From Spirochaetia bacterium (GTDB lineage: Bacteria > Spirochaetota > Spirochaetia > UBA9216): 64,000 nt of DNA. The translations under genes and the position numbers were made by a program. The notes beneath the pieces are model-generated. The model had not been told where the DNA came from and did not search any database. It was given only the letters and a program-made list of their open reading frames with translations. The stretch covers positions 1,760,001 through 1,824,000 of the forward strand of contig CAXXYH010000004.1 of the NCBI GenBank assembly GCA_963677925.2. Reading direction: 5' to 3'. Of the stretch, positions 62,544 through 64,000 are shown piece by piece (position 1 is the stretch's first letter; every line of letters starts with the position of its first letter).

Positions 62544-63849
62544 TATACCGCTGGTAGCTATTGCCGGCAGGCCGAATGTAGGCAAATCAACTTTATTTAA
62601 TAGAATTATCGGAAAGAGGAAGGCTATAACAGATCCGGTTCCGGGTGTTACACGTGATCCTGTTGAAGAAATTTGTGTAATCGGCGACACTAAAATAAGA
62701 CTTACAGATACCGGCGGGTATAAACTCGATCAGGAGGCTCTCGATGATCTTGTTGTTTCAAGAGCTCTTGAAGTAATTGATGCGGCAGATCTTGTTCTTC
62801 TGGTTCTCGATATAAAGGAAACAACGCCGGAGGATGAGATCCTGATTGAAGCACTGCGTCCATATACTGAAAAAATTCTTCTTGTTGTCAACAAGGTTGA
62901 CGGCCCCGAGAAAATGAATGAAATATGGAATTTTTATTCATATGGTTTTGAAAATATCTATCCAATCTCCGCTACTCACGGAATTGGTATTGGAGACCTG
63001 CTCGAAGTGGCCGAAGCCCGTGTAAAGGGAATTGCAGGCAGTTCCGAGTTTATCGAAGAAGATGCGGATATTCGGATTTCAATTCTTGGAAAACCGAATA
63101 CCGGAAAATCAACCCTTATCAACAGCCTTACAGGCAAGAAACATTCAATAGTTTCCGACATTCCAGGTACCACAAGAGATATTGTCGAAGGTCAGTTCGT
63201 CTATAAAGATAATAGGTTCAGAATACTTGATACAGCCGGCATCAGAAGAAAGAAGAAGGTTACTGAAGACGTTGAATATTATTCCGTTAACCGTGCAATC
63301 AAAAGCATTGATTTATCAGATATAATTCTATTGATGATGGATGCTGAAGAAGGCCTGACTGATCAGGATAAAAAGATTGCAGGTCTGGCTGTTCGCAAGG
63401 GTAAGGGTATCATTCTTGTTCTTAATAAGTGGGATCTAATGAAAGACGTCCCCAATGCCTTTGAGGCGGTTGCTGACAGGGTTAGGTTCCTTTTCCCGGT
63501 GCTATCCTTTGCTCCGATAGTTCCACTGTCTGCATTAAAATCGGAAGGAGTTAACGTTCTTCTGGATAATGTGCTTAAAGTCTGGTGGCAGCTTAACCGC
63601 AGAGTTGAAACATCGGCACTGAATGCTCATCTTAAAGACTGGGTTGAGGAAAATGAGCCTCCAAGAACCAAGACCGGCCGGTTCAAGATTAAATACATTA
63701 CCCAGGTCAGTGCAAATCCGCATCACTTTATTGCCTTTGTAAACAGAAATAAGAATTTTCCGGAATTCTATGCCAGATATCTTATGAGAATGATAAGGCA
63801 GGATTTTGGACTTAATTTAATACCTCTGACCCTAGATTTCAGGGAGTAG
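62512..63849 (+). CDS. der: Ribosome biogenesis GTPase Der (EngA)
   Basis: Two G domains (GRPNVGKS, GKPNTGKS) plus a KH-like C-terminus. Confidence 0.96.
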   Translation: MTGLNSLNSNNIPLVAIAGRPNVGKSTLFNRIIGKRKAITDPVPGVTRDPVEEICVIGDTKIRLTDTGGYKLDQEALDDLVVSRALEVIDAADLVLLVLDIKETTPEDEILIEALRPYTEKILLVVNKVDGPEKMNEIWNFYSYGFENIYPISATHGIGIGDLLEVAEARVKGIAGSSEFIEEDADIRISILGKPNTGKSTLINSLTGKKHSIVSDIPGTTRDIVEGQFVYKDNRFRILDTAGIRRKKKVTEDVEYYSVNRAIKSIDLSDIILLMMDAEEGLTDQDKKIAGLAVRKGKGIILVLNKWDLMKDVPNAFEAVADRVRFLFPVLSFAPIVPLSALKSEGVNVLLDNVLKVWWQLNRRVETSALNAHLKDWVEENEPPRTKTGRFKIKYITQVSANPHHFIAFVNRNKNFPEFYARYLMRMIRQDFGLNLIPLTLDFRE

Positions 63850-63861
63850 GACCTTAAGTGC

Positions 63862-64000
63862 ATGGAATCGTATTCAATCGGGGAAGTCTGCCGGCTGCTT
63901 AATGTTAAACCGCATGTGCTCAGATACTGGGAGCAGGAATTTTCCCTGCTCTCCCCGAGAAAAGATTTTAACGGTCAGAGGAAATATACTTCCAATGATC
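63862..64000 (+). CDS. MerR-family HTH protein, truncated by window edge
   Basis: MESYSIGEVCRLLNVKPHVLRYWEQEFSLLSPRKDFNGQRKYT. Confidence 0.85.
   Translation, partial: MESYSIGEVCRLLNVKPHVLRYWEQEFSLLSPRKDFNGQRKYTSND

Overview
Core-chromosome window from a free-living spirochaete (Spirochaetaceae-like; inferred from the long spirochaete-type Prs, the secY-rpmJ-rpsM order without adk/map/infA, tuf-rpsJ adjacency and the rny-ymdB-tlyA block). About 24.9-52.6 kb is one transcription/translation supercluster: tRNA-Thr, rpmG, tRNA-Trp, secE, nusG, rplKAJL, rpoBC, rpsLG, tuf and the S10, spc and alpha operons. fusA is absent, and a ~420 bp structured non-coding spacer lies in front of tuf. The left 8.5 kb is accessory: a CPBP protease divergent from a membrane LuxR regulator, an XRE gene remnant, a PNPOx-like protein, an exported protein, PilZ, a receiver protein and a ~9-PAS histidine kinase, followed by tRNA-fMet, prsW and clpB. 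The best candidate for an undescribed system is a five-gene cassette between clpB and argH (12.2-19.3 kb). It encodes a PucR/CdaR activator, an orphan GltD/NfnB-like flavoprotein, a 2[4Fe-4S]-fused FAD_binding_2 oxidoreductase lacking the fumarate-reductase signature, a GntP-type permease and a tandem NTF2-like unknown protein. Its divergent promoter carries two GCACAAA-N12-TTTGTKC boxes, each exactly 33 nt from a TATAAT. The right end encodes a 1322-aa membrane protein with nested acidic tandem repeats, rny, ymdB, tlyA, a GerMN protein, ptsI, der and a partial MerR-like gene. All assignments come from reading motifs by eye; no searches were run.
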